A stretch of 64,000 nucleotides of DNA from positions 10,269-74,268 of the forward strand of contig JACPLF010000010.1 of assembly GCA_016186645.1 (NCBI GenBank), given 5' to 3'. Below, piece by piece: positions 17,956-27,820 of this stretch. The DNA comes from Candidatus Levyibacteriota bacterium (GTDB lineage: Bacteria > Patescibacteriota > Microgenomatia > Levybacterales > UBA12049). The notes beneath the pieces are model-generated. The model was not told the DNA's origin. It did no database searches and saw nothing but the letters and a program-made list of their open reading frames with translations. How positions within the stretch are numbered: position 1 is the first letter of the stretch; each line of letters opens with the position of its first letter. Made by a program: the position numbers and the translations under genes.

Positions 17956-18840
17956 ATGAAGATTTTGGGGACGGGATTAGATGGACTTGTTGGATCAAGG
18001 ATTGTTGAGCTTTTGGGAGATAAGTACGCATTTGAAAACCTTAGTATCAGTACAGGTATAGATATCACCAACAGAGATGATGTTTTAGAAAAAGTAAAAA
18101 ATTCAGATGCTCAAATAGTCCTTCATCTGGCTGCAAAAACAAATGTAGACGGTTGTGAATTGGATAAGCCATTGGGAGAAAAGGGTGATGCTTGGAGAAT
18201 TAATGTTTGCGGAACGCAAAATGTAGTTGACGGATGTTTGCAAAGTAATAAAAAATTAATCTACATTTCCACAGATTTCGTGTTCGATGGCACAAATCCG
18301 CCGCTTGGGGGATATTCCGAAGAAGACATTCCAAATCCAATCAACTGGTACGCCAAAACAAAATATGAGGGGGAAAAAATCGTACAAAATTTAAAAACTC
18401 CTTGGATTATCGCTCGTATTGCATCTCCGTATAGGGCGATGTTTGAACGATTGGATTTTGCTCGGGCAATTCTTAAGAGATTGCAAGACGGTCTTCCTGT
18501 TGCCGGCGTTACAGACCATATTTTTACTCCAACATTTATTGACGATATTGTTGTTGCTTTATATACGCTTATTGAAAATAGTTCGCAGGGTATATTCCAC
18601 GTTGTTGGAAGCCAGAGCTTGACGCCTTTTGATGCCTCTCACTTGATAGCGAAAGAGTTTGATCTGGATGGGTCTCAGATAAGTCAAACCACGCGAACTG
18701 AGTTTTTTAATAATCGAGCACCTAGGTCTTTTCAACTGGCACTTAAAAATGATAAAATAGGAAAATTGGGAATTAAGATGAAGACATTTGAAGAAGGACT
18801 TAAAGAAATAAAATCTCAAATGTCAAAAAATAACTTATGA
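17956..18840 (+). CDS. rfbD: dTDP-4-dehydrorhamnose reductase
   Basis: GLDGLVG, HLAAKTNVDGCE, ISTDFVFDG, YAKTK. Confidence 0.9.
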   Translation: MKILGTGLDGLVGSRIVELLGDKYAFENLSISTGIDITNRDDVLEKVKNSDAQIVLHLAAKTNVDGCELDKPLGEKGDAWRINVCGTQNVVDGCLQSNKKLIYISTDFVFDGTNPPLGGYSEEDIPNPINWYAKTKYEGEKIVQNLKTPWIIARIASPYRAMFERLDFARAILKRLQDGLPVAGVTDHIFTPTFIDDIVVALYTLIENSSQGIFHVVGSQSLTPFDASHLIAKEFDLDGSQISQTTRTEFFNNRAPRSFQLALKNDKIGKLGIKMKTFEEGLKEIKSQMSKNNL

Positions 18841-20129
18841 CAATAACTTTTGTAGGCCATGGATATGTAGGATTAGTTACTGCTTCTGTTTTTGCAGATT
18901 TGGGAAATACAGTTTGGGTTATCGGACACACACAGGAAAAGATAGAAAATCTTAAGAAGGGTATATTGCCAATCTACGAACCCGGACTTGAAGAGATTGT
19001 CAAGAGAAACGTTAAGGCAAAAAGACTCTTATTCACCTTGGAATATAAAGAAGCTATTCCCAATTCGGATGCTATTTTTATAGCAGTTGGTACTCCTCCT
19101 AAGCCAACAGGTGAAGCTGATCTGTCTGTCGTTTTTGAAGTTGCTCGTAAAATTGGAAAAAATCTAGAAGGCTATACAGTTGTAGTAACAAAAAGTACGG
19201 TGCCCGTTGGTACAAATAAAATAACAAAAGAAATTATCGAAACAGCAAAGCCTGAAGGGGCTACATTTGATGCTGCTTCCATTCCGGAATTTTTAAGAGA
19301 AGGACAAGCTATATCTGACACTCTTCATCCAGATAGAATTGTAATAGGGACAGACTCCAAAGAAGCAGAAAAGTTGTTGATCGAACTGCATGAGCCAATT
19401 GATGGAACTTATGTATTAACAAATATAGAAACCGCAGAAATGATTAAGTATGCAGCTAATTCATTTTTGGCAACAAAAATTTCTTATGCAAATGCAATAG
19501 CATATCTTTCAGAATTGACAGGAGCGGATGGATCAAAAGTTTTGGAAGCGGTAGGCTTGGATAAAAGGGTAGGAAATCAATTCTTGTTTGCGGGAGCAGG
19601 TTATGGAGGCAGTTGCTTTCCAAAGGACGTGAAAGCTATGATTGCTATTGCAAAAAAAGCCGGATACAATTTTTCACTTCTTAAAGATGTTGAGGAAATT
19701 AATCAGCAGGCAATATATGGAATTGTTGAAAAGGCAAAAGCACTGCTGGAAGGGAAAATAAAAGGCAAAACTATCGGAATACTCGGATTATCTTTCAAGC
19801 CAAATACAGATGATATGAGGGATGCTCCTTCGATTGCTATTATCGATGCCTTGCAGACAGAGGGCGCAAAAATAAAAGCATACGATCCTATTGCAATGAA
19901 TAATGCAAAACGAATACTTAAAAATGTTGATTTGCATCAAGATCCTTATTCTGCTGCTAAAGATTGCGACGTCTTAATTATAGTAACGGAGTGGAACGAA
20001 TTTAGACAGCTTGATCTACAAAAGTTAAAGAAAATTATGAAAAAGCCAGTTCTTTTGGATGGCAGAAATATTTACGAACCTCATAAATTAAGGGAAATGG
20101 GGTTTACATATACTGGAGTCGGCAGATAA
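18837..20129 (+). CDS. ugd: UDP-glucose 6-dehydrogenase
   Basis: GHGYVG, KSTVPVG, PEFLREG, GYGGSCFPKD, FKPNTDDMR. Confidence 0.93.
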   Translation: MTITFVGHGYVGLVTASVFADLGNTVWVIGHTQEKIENLKKGILPIYEPGLEEIVKRNVKAKRLLFTLEYKEAIPNSDAIFIAVGTPPKPTGEADLSVVFEVARKIGKNLEGYTVVVTKSTVPVGTNKITKEIIETAKPEGATFDAASIPEFLREGQAISDTLHPDRIVIGTDSKEAEKLLIELHEPIDGTYVLTNIETAEMIKYAANSFLATKISYANAIAYLSELTGADGSKVLEAVGLDKRVGNQFLFAGAGYGGSCFPKDVKAMIAIAKKAGYNFSLLKDVEEINQQAIYGIVEKAKALLEGKIKGKTIGILGLSFKPNTDDMRDAPSIAIIDALQTEGAKIKAYDPIAMNNAKRILKNVDLHQDPYSAAKDCDVLIIVTEWNEFRQLDLQKLKKIMKKPVLLDGRNIYEPHKLREMGFTYTGVGR

Positions 20130-20184
20130 TCCACGCCTAGACTATTGGCGGAATATAATCTAGAATAGAAAGAGATTTTATTTT

Positions 20185-21156
20185 ATGAAAAAAGCTTTAA
20201 TAACTGGGATTACAGGACAAGATGCATCATATCTTGCCGAGTTTTTGTTAAAAAAAGGATACAAAGTTTTTGGTACTACAAGAAGATCAAGCACGGTCAA
20301 TAATGAAAGAATTGAGCATATCCAGGACAAAATTACTATTTTGCAGGGAGATTTATTGGACCAAGGATCCCTTTCTTCAGCGCTTTTGGAGTCAGAACCT
20401 GATGAAGTTTATAATCTAGCAGCTCAATCTTTTGTCCAGACATCGTGGAATCAGCCGGTATTAACCGGAGAATTTACAGCACTTGGTGTGACAAGACTGT
20501 TGGAGGCAATAAGAACCGTAAATCCCAAAATAAAATTCTATCAGGCATCAAGCTCTGAAATGTTTGGCAAAGTGACAGAAACTCCGCAAAAAGAAACTAC
20601 AAGATTCCATCCAAGAAGCCCTTATGGAGTAGCTAAAGTGTATGGTCATTATATAACCATGAATTATAGGGAAAGTTTTGGTATTTTTGCCTGCTCAGGA
20701 ATATTGTTCAATCACGAGTCTCCAAGGAGAGGTTTGGAATTTGTAACAAGAAAAATAAGTAATGCAGTCGCAAGAATAAGTCTGAACAAGCAAAAGACTG
20801 TTGAGCTTGGAGCGCTGGAGCCAAAACGCGATTGGGGATTTGCAGGCGACTATGTTGAGGCAATGTGGCTAATGATGCAGCAAGACAAGGCAGATGATTA
20901 CGTAATTGCAACTGGTGAAAATCACGCTGTTTTGGAATTTTTGGATCTCGCTTTTAAAGCAGTTGGGATAAATGATTGGAGTGAATATGTTATTGCCAAC
21001 AAGACACCCCACATGAGACCCGCAGAAGTAGACTACCTGATAGGAGATGCTGCTAAAGCTCATAAAGTATTGGGCTGGAAGCCTAAGACAAGCTTTAAGC
21101 AGTTGGTTGAAATGATGGTTAAAGCCGATTTGGCAATGGAGAAAAAAGAAAAATAA
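20185..21156 (+). CDS. gmd: GDP-mannose 4,6-dehydratase
   Basis: [39 protein letters not shown]. Confidence 0.95.
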   Translation: MKKALITGITGQDASYLAEFLLKKGYKVFGTTRRSSTVNNERIEHIQDKITILQGDLLDQGSLSSALLESEPDEVYNLAAQSFVQTSWNQPVLTGEFTALGVTRLLEAIRTVNPKIKFYQASSSEMFGKVTETPQKETTRFHPRSPYGVAKVYGHYITMNYRESFGIFACSGILFNHESPRRGLEFVTRKISNAVARISLNKQKTVELGALEPKRDWGFAGDYVEAMWLMMQQDKADDYVIATGENHAVLEFLDLAFKAVGINDWSEYVIANKTPHMRPAEVDYLIGDAAKAHKVLGWKPKTSFKQLVEMMVKADLAMEKKEK

Positions 21157-21160
21157 TGTT

Positions 21161-22120
21161 ATGCAGACAGTTTTGGTCGCCGGAGGAGCTGGATTTATTG
21201 GGTCTCATTTATGCAAGAGTTTATTAAACGAGAATTACAAAGTTATCTGCGTTGACAATCTCCTAACAAGCGAAGCAAAAAACATATCTTCTCTATTAGC
21301 TAAGCCAGATTTTAAATTTATAGAACAAGATATTAGCAAAGCCCTTGATAGTTTAGGTGATATATCAAATATTGATTATATGTTTCATTTGGCATCTCCT
21401 GCATCGCCTAACAAAAACAGTGCAAAAAGTTACATTAATTATCCAATCGAAACTCTTTTAGTTAATTCTGCTGGAACATACAATCTCTTAGAAATAGCCC
21501 TTAAATTTAACTCAAAATTTCTATATGCTTCTTCTTCAGAAATTTATGGCGACCCGGCAATGTCTCCTCAAAAAGAAGATTATTTTGGAAATGTCAATCC
21601 CAATGGAGTAAGATCTGTGTACGATGAGGCAAAAAGATTCGGGGAAGCGATGACTTTCGGGTTTATACGAAAGCATAATCTAGATGCTCGAGTTATACGC
21701 ATTTTCAATACGTATGGTCCCATAATGCTTCCAAATGACGGAAGAGTTATTTCTAACTTTATAAATCAAGCGATAAAAAATGAACCGATTACTGTCTACG
21801 GCACTGGAGACCAAACCAGAAGTTTTTGTTATATTGATGATATGGTTGAAGGAATAAAGCTTGCAATGTTCTCTTCAAATACAAAAGCAGAAGTTTTTAA
21901 TCTAGGAAATCCTGATGAAAGAAAAGTTCTAGACGTCGCAACATTAATTAAACAGATGACAAAGTCGACATCTAAAATTGTTTTTGAGCCTTTACCCACA
22001 GATGATCCCAAGACACGCAAGCCCGACATCTCTAAAGCCAAAAAAATTTTGGGATGGAAACCCAAAATATCAACCGAAGAAGGCTTTGCAAAAACAATAG
22101 AATATTTTAAGAGTATATGA
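21161..22120 (+). CDS. UDP-glucuronate decarboxylase (UDP-xylose synthase-like SDR)
   Basis: GGAGFIG, HLASPASP, GNVNPNGVRSVYDEAKR, DDPKTRKPDI. Confidence 0.88.
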   Translation: MQTVLVAGGAGFIGSHLCKSLLNENYKVICVDNLLTSEAKNISSLLAKPDFKFIEQDISKALDSLGDISNIDYMFHLASPASPNKNSAKSYINYPIETLLVNSAGTYNLLEIALKFNSKFLYASSSEIYGDPAMSPQKEDYFGNVNPNGVRSVYDEAKRFGEAMTFGFIRKHNLDARVIRIFNTYGPIMLPNDGRVISNFINQAIKNEPITVYGTGDQTRSFCYIDDMVEGIKLAMFSSNTKAEVFNLGNPDERKVLDVATLIKQMTKSTSKIVFEPLPTDDPKTRKPDISKAKKILGWKPKISTEEGFAKTIEYFKSI

Positions 22121-22151
22121 CCATCCTTCATTAAAATTACGGAAGGGTCAT
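22117..22151. repeat. Degenerate palindromic repeat
   Basis: TCCTTCATTAAAATTACGGAAGG resembles TCCTTCGCCAAGGCTACGGAAGG at 43094. Confidence 0.5.
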
Positions 22152-22231
22152 GCCGTCGAAGCTGAATAAAGTTTATAAAATGACCTAATTATGTTAAAAG
22201 TTTTACTTAAAGAAAGGATAAGCGAAGTGGC

Positions 22232-23473
22232 ATGAGAGTTGTTGTTATTACTGCTAGTTATAACGAAAAAGGCAATATAGAACGCCTTATTACGATACTT
22301 GAAGAAGAAGTTTTTCCAAAAATAAAAAATCATGAAATGAGCATTCTGGTTGCTGACGATAATTCTCCGGATGGAACTGGAGGAGAAGTTAGAAAATTAA
22401 TGAGAAAATGGAAAAATCTCCATATCTCAAGCGGAGAAAAAAAAGGACTAGGGGCAGCTTACATTAGGGGAATGACGCATGCAGTTGGAGAAATGGGTGC
22501 AGATGTCGTTTTTGAGATTGATGCAGACTTACAGCATGATCCGCATAAGATTCCAGAATTTCTAAAAAAAATAGATAGCGGATTTGATATGGTCGTAGGA
22601 AATAGATATAGTGACGGCGGTTCCATACCTCAAAATTGGCCATTTCTTAGAAAGATATTCTCTATAGTTGCAAATCTTTTTGTAAGGACAGTTTTTACAA
22701 AGTTTTCTGTTCATGACTGGACAGGTGGATATAGAGCCTTGAGACGCGAAGTATTTTTAAAGGAAAAAGATAAATTAACTAATTATAGAGGCTACATATT
22801 TCAGATTTCATTTTTGCATAAAGCCATAAGAGATGGATTTAGGATTGCTGAAGTTCCGTTTCATTTTAGCGACAGAACACTTGGAAATTCAAAAATTGCT
22901 TCCATGGGATACATAACAGATGTGGTTAGGTATGTTGTTTTTGCAAGAATCAAGGAGCTCAAGCGTTTTATAAAGTTTCTGATAGTTGGATCTACCGGAT
23001 TTATTCTCCAAATTTCAACACAAGAAATAGTAGTTAGGAGCGGATTTGCTTTAGTCTTAGCTCAATTTACCAGTCCAGTCCTTTTTACTCTAACAAAACA
23101 TCATGGAATGATTCCTCTGCGTGACAGTATTGGCGGGGGATTTGGCGCAGAGGCCGCGATCCTATCCAATTTTATGTTTAATAATTTCTGGACATTTAGT
23201 GACGCCAGAAAACTAAAAGAGAAATCCCCATTTTATATCAGAATTTTAAAGTTTAATTTGACCTCAGTACTGTCAATATTTATTCAGGCAGGTTCTATAT
23301 GGTTTTTTGTAAGATTACTTGGTGAAAGATTGATGATAATGGATTATTTTATTCCAACTCGAATCGTTGTAGTTGTCCCAACAATTATTTTTCTGGTAAT
23401 TCCATTAAATTATCTTATCTACAACAAAATTATTTGGAAGACACAATATCTAAAAAATGGGAAAACTACTTAA
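22232..23473 (+). CDS. GT2 polyprenol-phosphate glycosyltransferase (DPM1-like) with GtrA-like C-terminal domain
   Basis: DDNSPDGT, GLGAAY, DADLQH, DWTGGYRA; C-terminal TM bundle FIKFLIVG..NNFWTF. Confidence 0.88.
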   Translation: MRVVVITASYNEKGNIERLITILEEEVFPKIKNHEMSILVADDNSPDGTGGEVRKLMRKWKNLHISSGEKKGLGAAYIRGMTHAVGEMGADVVFEIDADLQHDPHKIPEFLKKIDSGFDMVVGNRYSDGGSIPQNWPFLRKIFSIVANLFVRTVFTKFSVHDWTGGYRALRREVFLKEKDKLTNYRGYIFQISFLHKAIRDGFRIAEVPFHFSDRTLGNSKIASMGYITDVVRYVVFARIKELKRFIKFLIVGSTGFILQISTQEIVVRSGFALVLAQFTSPVLFTLTKHHGMIPLRDSIGGGFGAEAAILSNFMFNNFWTFSDARKLKEKSPFYIRILKFNLTSVLSIFIQAGSIWFFVRLLGERLMIMDYFIPTRIVVVVPTIIFLVIPLNYLIYNKIIWKTQYLKNGKTT

Positions 23474-25013
23474 TCACAAAGAGAAGATAATTCTCTTTTT
23501 AATTCTTTTAGCTGCTGCTTTTTTCAGACTTTATCTCATCGAAGAGTATTTAACTTTTCTAGGGGATGAGGGAAGAGACGTATTGGTCGCTTATAAAATA
23601 TTGCATGGAGATTTAACTCTTCTTGGTCCTACAGCTTCTGTTGGGGGATTTTTCTTGGGACCAATATATTATTATTTTATGGCTCCGTTTCTTTGGCTTT
23701 TCAATTATAATCCAGTCGGTCCCGCAATAATGGTTTCTCTTTTTGGGATTGCAACGGTGATGCTTATTTATAAGGTTGGGAAAGAGTTTTTTGGGACAAA
23801 TACTGGGCTAATTGCAGCAGGATTATATGCCATTTCTCCCTTGGTTGTTACATATTCTAGATCCTCATGGAATCCAAACCCTATGCCATTCTTTTCACTT
23901 CTAACTCTTTATCTTATTTATAAAGCAGTAAAAAAGAACAATATAAAGCTTTTTATCTTGTCGGGATTTCTTTTTGGAATTACAATGCAACTTCATTATC
24001 TAGCCTTATTTTTAGGCGTTATTATTTTCGTTTACATATTATTAAATCACTTCGTATACTCCAGAAATAATTATATTTCAAAATCCATTAAAAATTATCT
24101 TTGGATATTCTTAGGTTTTATTATTGGATGGTCACCATTTTTGGCCTTTGAGGTTCGCCATGGATTCCCAAATATCATAAGTATTTTTAATTTCATACTT
24201 GCGTCCGGCGATACAGGGGGGAGTACTCAGTTTACGCCTACCCTTATTGATGTATTTTTTAGAATTTTCGGGAGATTAGTTGCTAATTTTCCAGAGCCAC
24301 AAAAAGTTGCTCTGGGAGCGCACTTGGATATGGCAATTTGGTATTATGCAGCATTTCTTTTGGGTATAGTAAGCGTTTGGTTTTTGATCAAAAGATTTAT
24401 TAAAGAATATAAATCTCGTTCTCCAGAATTTTCAAAGATAAGTCTTCTCGTAGTTTGGTTTATTTTGGGAGTCGGCCTTTTCGGATTTTACAAAAAATCT
24501 ATTTACGACTATTATTTTGGCTTTATGTTTCCATTGCCATTTTTTATTGTTAGTTTCTTTATTGTGAATCTATGGAAGAAAGGGATTGGAAAATTTGTAG
24601 CAATATCGATTCTACTGATTCTAATATGGCTTAACAGCTTAACCTTGCCTTTTAAAGCCTCTGCCAATAGACAGCTGAAGCAAGTAGAGGAGATTTCTAA
24701 ATTTGTGATTGATAAAGTAGATAATAAGCCATTTAATTTTGCACTAATTACAGGTGGAAATTCTGACCATGCATATCGTTATTTTTTTACCATTTGGCAA
24801 AAAGAGCCGGTAACAATTCAGAATGTTTCGCTTGATCCCAAAAGAACAACTGTTACAAATCAGTTACTTGTTGTTTGTGAAATTGTTCCTGATTGCCACC
24901 CATTGGGACACTCTGTTTGGGAAATAGCAGGTTTTGGTAGAGCAGAAATTGTAGAAGATTGGGACGTGTCAGTAGTCAAGGTCTTCAAGCTAGAGCATTA
25001 CAAGGGAAAATAA
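23457..25013 (+). CDS. GT-C membrane glycosyltransferase (ArnT/PMT-like)
   Basis: FLGDEGRD after TM1, LGPIYYY, about 11 TM segments. Confidence 0.8.
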   Translation: MGKLLNHKEKIILFLILLAAAFFRLYLIEEYLTFLGDEGRDVLVAYKILHGDLTLLGPTASVGGFFLGPIYYYFMAPFLWLFNYNPVGPAIMVSLFGIATVMLIYKVGKEFFGTNTGLIAAGLYAISPLVVTYSRSSWNPNPMPFFSLLTLYLIYKAVKKNNIKLFILSGFLFGITMQLHYLALFLGVIIFVYILLNHFVYSRNNYISKSIKNYLWIFLGFIIGWSPFLAFEVRHGFPNIISIFNFILASGDTGGSTQFTPTLIDVFFRIFGRLVANFPEPQKVALGAHLDMAIWYYAAFLLGIVSVWFLIKRFIKEYKSRSPEFSKISLLVVWFILGVGLFGFYKKSIYDYYFGFMFPLPFFIVSFFIVNLWKKGIGKFVAISILLILIWLNSLTLPFKASANRQLKQVEEISKFVIDKVDNKPFNFALITGGNSDHAYRYFFTIWQKEPVTIQNVSLDPKRTTVTNQLLVVCEIVPDCHPLGHSVWEIAGFGRAEIVEDWDVSVVKVFKLEHYKGK

Positions 25014-25020
25014 ATGTCAA

Positions 25021-25050
25021 GAAAACCCCCCGAATAGTCGAGGGGTTTTT
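25021..25050. terminator. Bidirectional intrinsic terminator
   Basis: AAAACCCCCCGAATAGTCGAGGGGTTTTT between convergent genes. Confidence 0.7.
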
Positions 25051-25104
25051 GCTGTGTTCTTGAGGGAATAATTTCTACTCTCTCAAGAAAAATTCCCAAA
25101 CAAT

Positions 25105-25248
25105 TTAGGCTTTTCCAATTCTGTACATTCCTGTTCCACAAACTGGACATTTACCTTTCATTGCTGGTTTGCCATTTTTCATCGTAACTGCTTGAGCACT
25201 TGGATCTTCTCTCTTTGCTCTGCATTTTACACAATACATTGATGCCAT
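25105..25248 (-). CDS. Small zinc-ribbon protein (DUF5679-like), 47 aa, below the ORF-track cutoff
   Basis: MASMYCVKCRAKREDPSAQAVTMKNGKPAMKGKCPVCGTGMYRIGKA; two CxxC motifs; strong SD GAAGGGGGGTGA. Confidence 0.85.
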   Translation of the reverse strand: MASMYCVKCRAKREDPSAQAVTMKNGKPAMKGKCPVCGTGMYRIGKA

Positions 25249-25269
25249 ATTCTTTCACCCCCCTTCGTT

Positions 25270-25533
25270 TTAATAATTTAGATTTGGTATTAATAAAACC
25301 TGTTTTTTTAAAAGGAAGAAAAGGATTATTTGTAAACCGATAAGAATTAAAGTTAAAATTAACGTTTTTGAAACATCACGAAAGACATAGGAGTATGAGG
25401 CAGTATCGTTATAAACGATTGTTGTAGGATAATTATTTTTTAAGGAAAAAATATTTTTCTTTTCCAAAGAATAAACCTGACGATTGAAGTCTGCAATAAT
25501 TTTTTCTTGGCGGGTCTTTTTATACTTACTCAT
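25270..25533 (-). CDS. Hypothetical membrane protein
   Basis: MSKYKKTRQEKIIAD..YSYVFRDVSKTLILT, one TM segment. Confidence 0.6.
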   Translation of the reverse strand: MSKYKKTRQEKIIADFNRQVYSLEKKNIFSLKNNYPTTIVYNDTASYSYVFRDVSKTLILTLILIGLQIILFFLLKKQVLLIPNLNY

Positions 25534-25593
25534 CGATAGCAAAAGACTACACTATTGACAGCGAGCTTGTCAAGAGGCTAAGATATTAATACT

Positions 25594-26052
25594 ATGGACT
25601 CCAATTTTCTCCTGTTTTCTTTTTTTGTGATTTTTCTATGGCTTTCTATTATTACAATATTCCTTTGGAAAGCTTTGTCTCATTACAATAAATTGGGCAA
25701 AGGATTGACGGAAAAAAATTTTAAATCAATAATGGAAAATCTTTTGAAAGACGTAAGTACTACCGAAAAAGATATTGATTATTTAAAATCATATTGTGAT
25801 AAAATACAAAAAGAAGGTCTTTTGCATATTCAAAAAATAGGCCTGGTTCGTTTTAACCCATTTACAGATACGGGCGGAGACCAAAGTTTTATCTTATCGT
25901 TGGTTGATGGAAATGATACAGGAGTTATAATATCAGGATTATACGCTAGGTCGGGAACAAGATGGTATGCAAAAAGAGTGATAAAAGGGAAGTCTTCAGA
26001 CCATGAATTGTCCGATGAAGAGCAGAAAGCTCTCAAAGAAGCAAAGAGTTAG
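25594..26052 (+). CDS. DUF4446-like protein
   Basis: N-terminal TM; QKIGLVRFNPFTDTGGDQSF, YAK, LSDEE. Confidence 0.8.
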   Translation: MDSNFLLFSFFVIFLWLSIITIFLWKALSHYNKLGKGLTEKNFKSIMENLLKDVSTTEKDIDYLKSYCDKIQKEGLLHIQKIGLVRFNPFTDTGGDQSFILSLVDGNDTGVIISGLYARSGTRWYAKRVIKGKSSDHELSDEEQKALKEAKS

Positions 26053-26058
26053 TAGGTT

Positions 26059-27225
26059 ATGAATAAAAATAAATTATTAAGTTCTCTATTGGTTTTAGCA
26101 GCTTTTATAATTTCTACAGGTGCATCATACTTATTTTTTTCAGAGGTTTCTTTTCCTAAGAGCAGCAATATTTCCTCTCCCACGACTTCAACGATAGGAG
26201 GCATGTTGTTTGATGATGCTCTTCCAAAAACAGAGCCTTGTCCTCTAAATGGGGCTCTCTATTCAAAACAGCAAAAAGATTGGTGGGAAAAACATAGACC
26301 AATGGGGATAATGATAGAAAATCATCAGGAAGCACGTCCCCAGTCCGGACTATCTTCAGCAGATATAATATATGAAGCGGTCGCAGAAGGAGGAATAACG
26401 CGATTCTTAGCAATATATTATTGTAATGACGCTCAAACTGTGGGGCCAGTCAGAAGTGCCCGAACATATTTTCTTGATTTTATTTCAGAATATGGAGACA
26501 GCCCTTTGTATGTCCATGTTGGGGGAGCAAATCAAGACGGACCTGCAGATGCATTATCTCAAATTGAAGACTATGGTTGGGCAGGACTAAATGACTTGAA
26601 TCAGTTTTCAATTGGTTTTCCTACTTTCTGGAGAGACTACGATAGGCTAGGACATCCTGTTTCCACTGAGCATACCATGTATTCGGCAACAGAAAAACTA
26701 TTGCAGTTTGCTGCAGCCAAAAGAAAACTAACTAATGAGAATGAAGACGGAATTTCCTGGGATAAAGGTTTTATATCGTATAGTTTTAAAGAGGATGCTC
26801 CAGCAGCCCAAAGACCATCCGCACAGAATATTCATCTGGAGTTCTGGACAACAGACCCGGATTACGGGGTAGATTGGATATATGAGCCAACTGCTAATAT
26901 ATACAAAAGGAATAATGGAGGCAAAGCTCATACGGATCTTAATAATAAAAAACAATTAACAGCAAAAAATATTGTAGTTTTGTCTATGATAGAGAGTCGG
27001 GCAAACGATGGATATGAAGGCAATCTGCATTTATTGTATAGAACAAAAGGAGCAGGGAAAGCCAATATATTTATGGATGGTAAAGAAACTGTTGGCACTT
27101 GGAGAAAAGATACGAGAACTGCCAGGACTCTTCTTTTTGATAACGCGGGGCTTCCTATAAAATTTGATAAAGGAACTATCTGGTTTGAAATTCTGCCCAC
27201 AGATGGAATTTTGACAGTAAAGTGA
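26059..27225 (+). CDS. DUF3048 (YerB-like) exported protein
   Basis: MIENHQEARPQSGL, EAVAEGGITR, GPVRSAR. Confidence 0.85.
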   Translation: MNKNKLLSSLLVLAAFIISTGASYLFFSEVSFPKSSNISSPTTSTIGGMLFDDALPKTEPCPLNGALYSKQQKDWWEKHRPMGIMIENHQEARPQSGLSSADIIYEAVAEGGITRFLAIYYCNDAQTVGPVRSARTYFLDFISEYGDSPLYVHVGGANQDGPADALSQIEDYGWAGLNDLNQFSIGFPTFWRDYDRLGHPVSTEHTMYSATEKLLQFAAAKRKLTNENEDGISWDKGFISYSFKEDAPAAQRPSAQNIHLEFWTTDPDYGVDWIYEPTANIYKRNNGGKAHTDLNNKKQLTAKNIVVLSMIESRANDGYEGNLHLLYRTKGAGKANIFMDGKETVGTWRKDTRTARTLLFDNAGLPIKFDKGTIWFEILPTDGILTVK

Positions 27226-27235
27226 TATAATCAGG

Positions 27236-27820
27236 GTGGAATTTATGTTAGCTGATTTAATTACTTCGCAATCTCGAATAAAGTTATTAAGCGTTCTGTT
27301 GTCACATCCTTCAGAAATGTATCACGTTAGGGAACTTGTCAGGAGAACGGGTGATGAAATTAATGCGGTAAGACGAGAGCTCTTATTTCTAGAAAAAAAA
27401 GGCATAGTAGTCAGAGAGCCCCGCGCAAATAGAGTATATTATTCACTATCTAAAAACTACGCTTTTTATTTTGATTTATTAAGAACAGGTGCTAAATTGG
27501 TAGGTTTAGGTGCAGCAATATTAAAAAATCGCGTTAAGATTGGCCGAATAAAATATGCAATGTTTTCTGGAAGATTTGCAAGAAGAATGGAAAAAAGACC
27601 AACAGATGTTGATTTCATAATTGTTGGAACGGTTGTTCTGCCGGAGCTGGCCATTCTTATAAGAGATGAAGAAAAAAGGCTGCAGAGGGAAATAAATTAT
27701 ACAGTAATGACTGAAGAGGAGTTTTCCTTCAGGAAGAAAAAAAGAGATCCATTTATCTTGTCTGTCCTCTCGGGATCTAGGGTTATGCTCTACGGGGATG
27801 AGGAAAGTATGCTCGCATGA
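27236..27820 (+). CDS. Winged-HTH plus nucleotidyltransferase-like protein
   Basis: HVRELVR..INAVRREL HTH; SGRF..DVDFIIVG..EINY. Confidence 0.7.
   Translation: MEFMLADLITSQSRIKLLSVLLSHPSEMYHVRELVRRTGDEINAVRRELLFLEKKGIVVREPRANRVYYSLSKNYAFYFDLLRTGAKLVGLGAAILKNRVKIGRIKYAMFSGRFARRMEKRPTDVDFIIVGTVVLPELAILIRDEEKRLQREINYTVMTEEEFSFRKKKRDPFILSVLSGSRVMLYGDEESMLA

Noticed and set aside
17727-18071. 114-aa minus-strand ORF
   Set aside because: Made of rfbD antisense plus palindromic repeats; no coding signal
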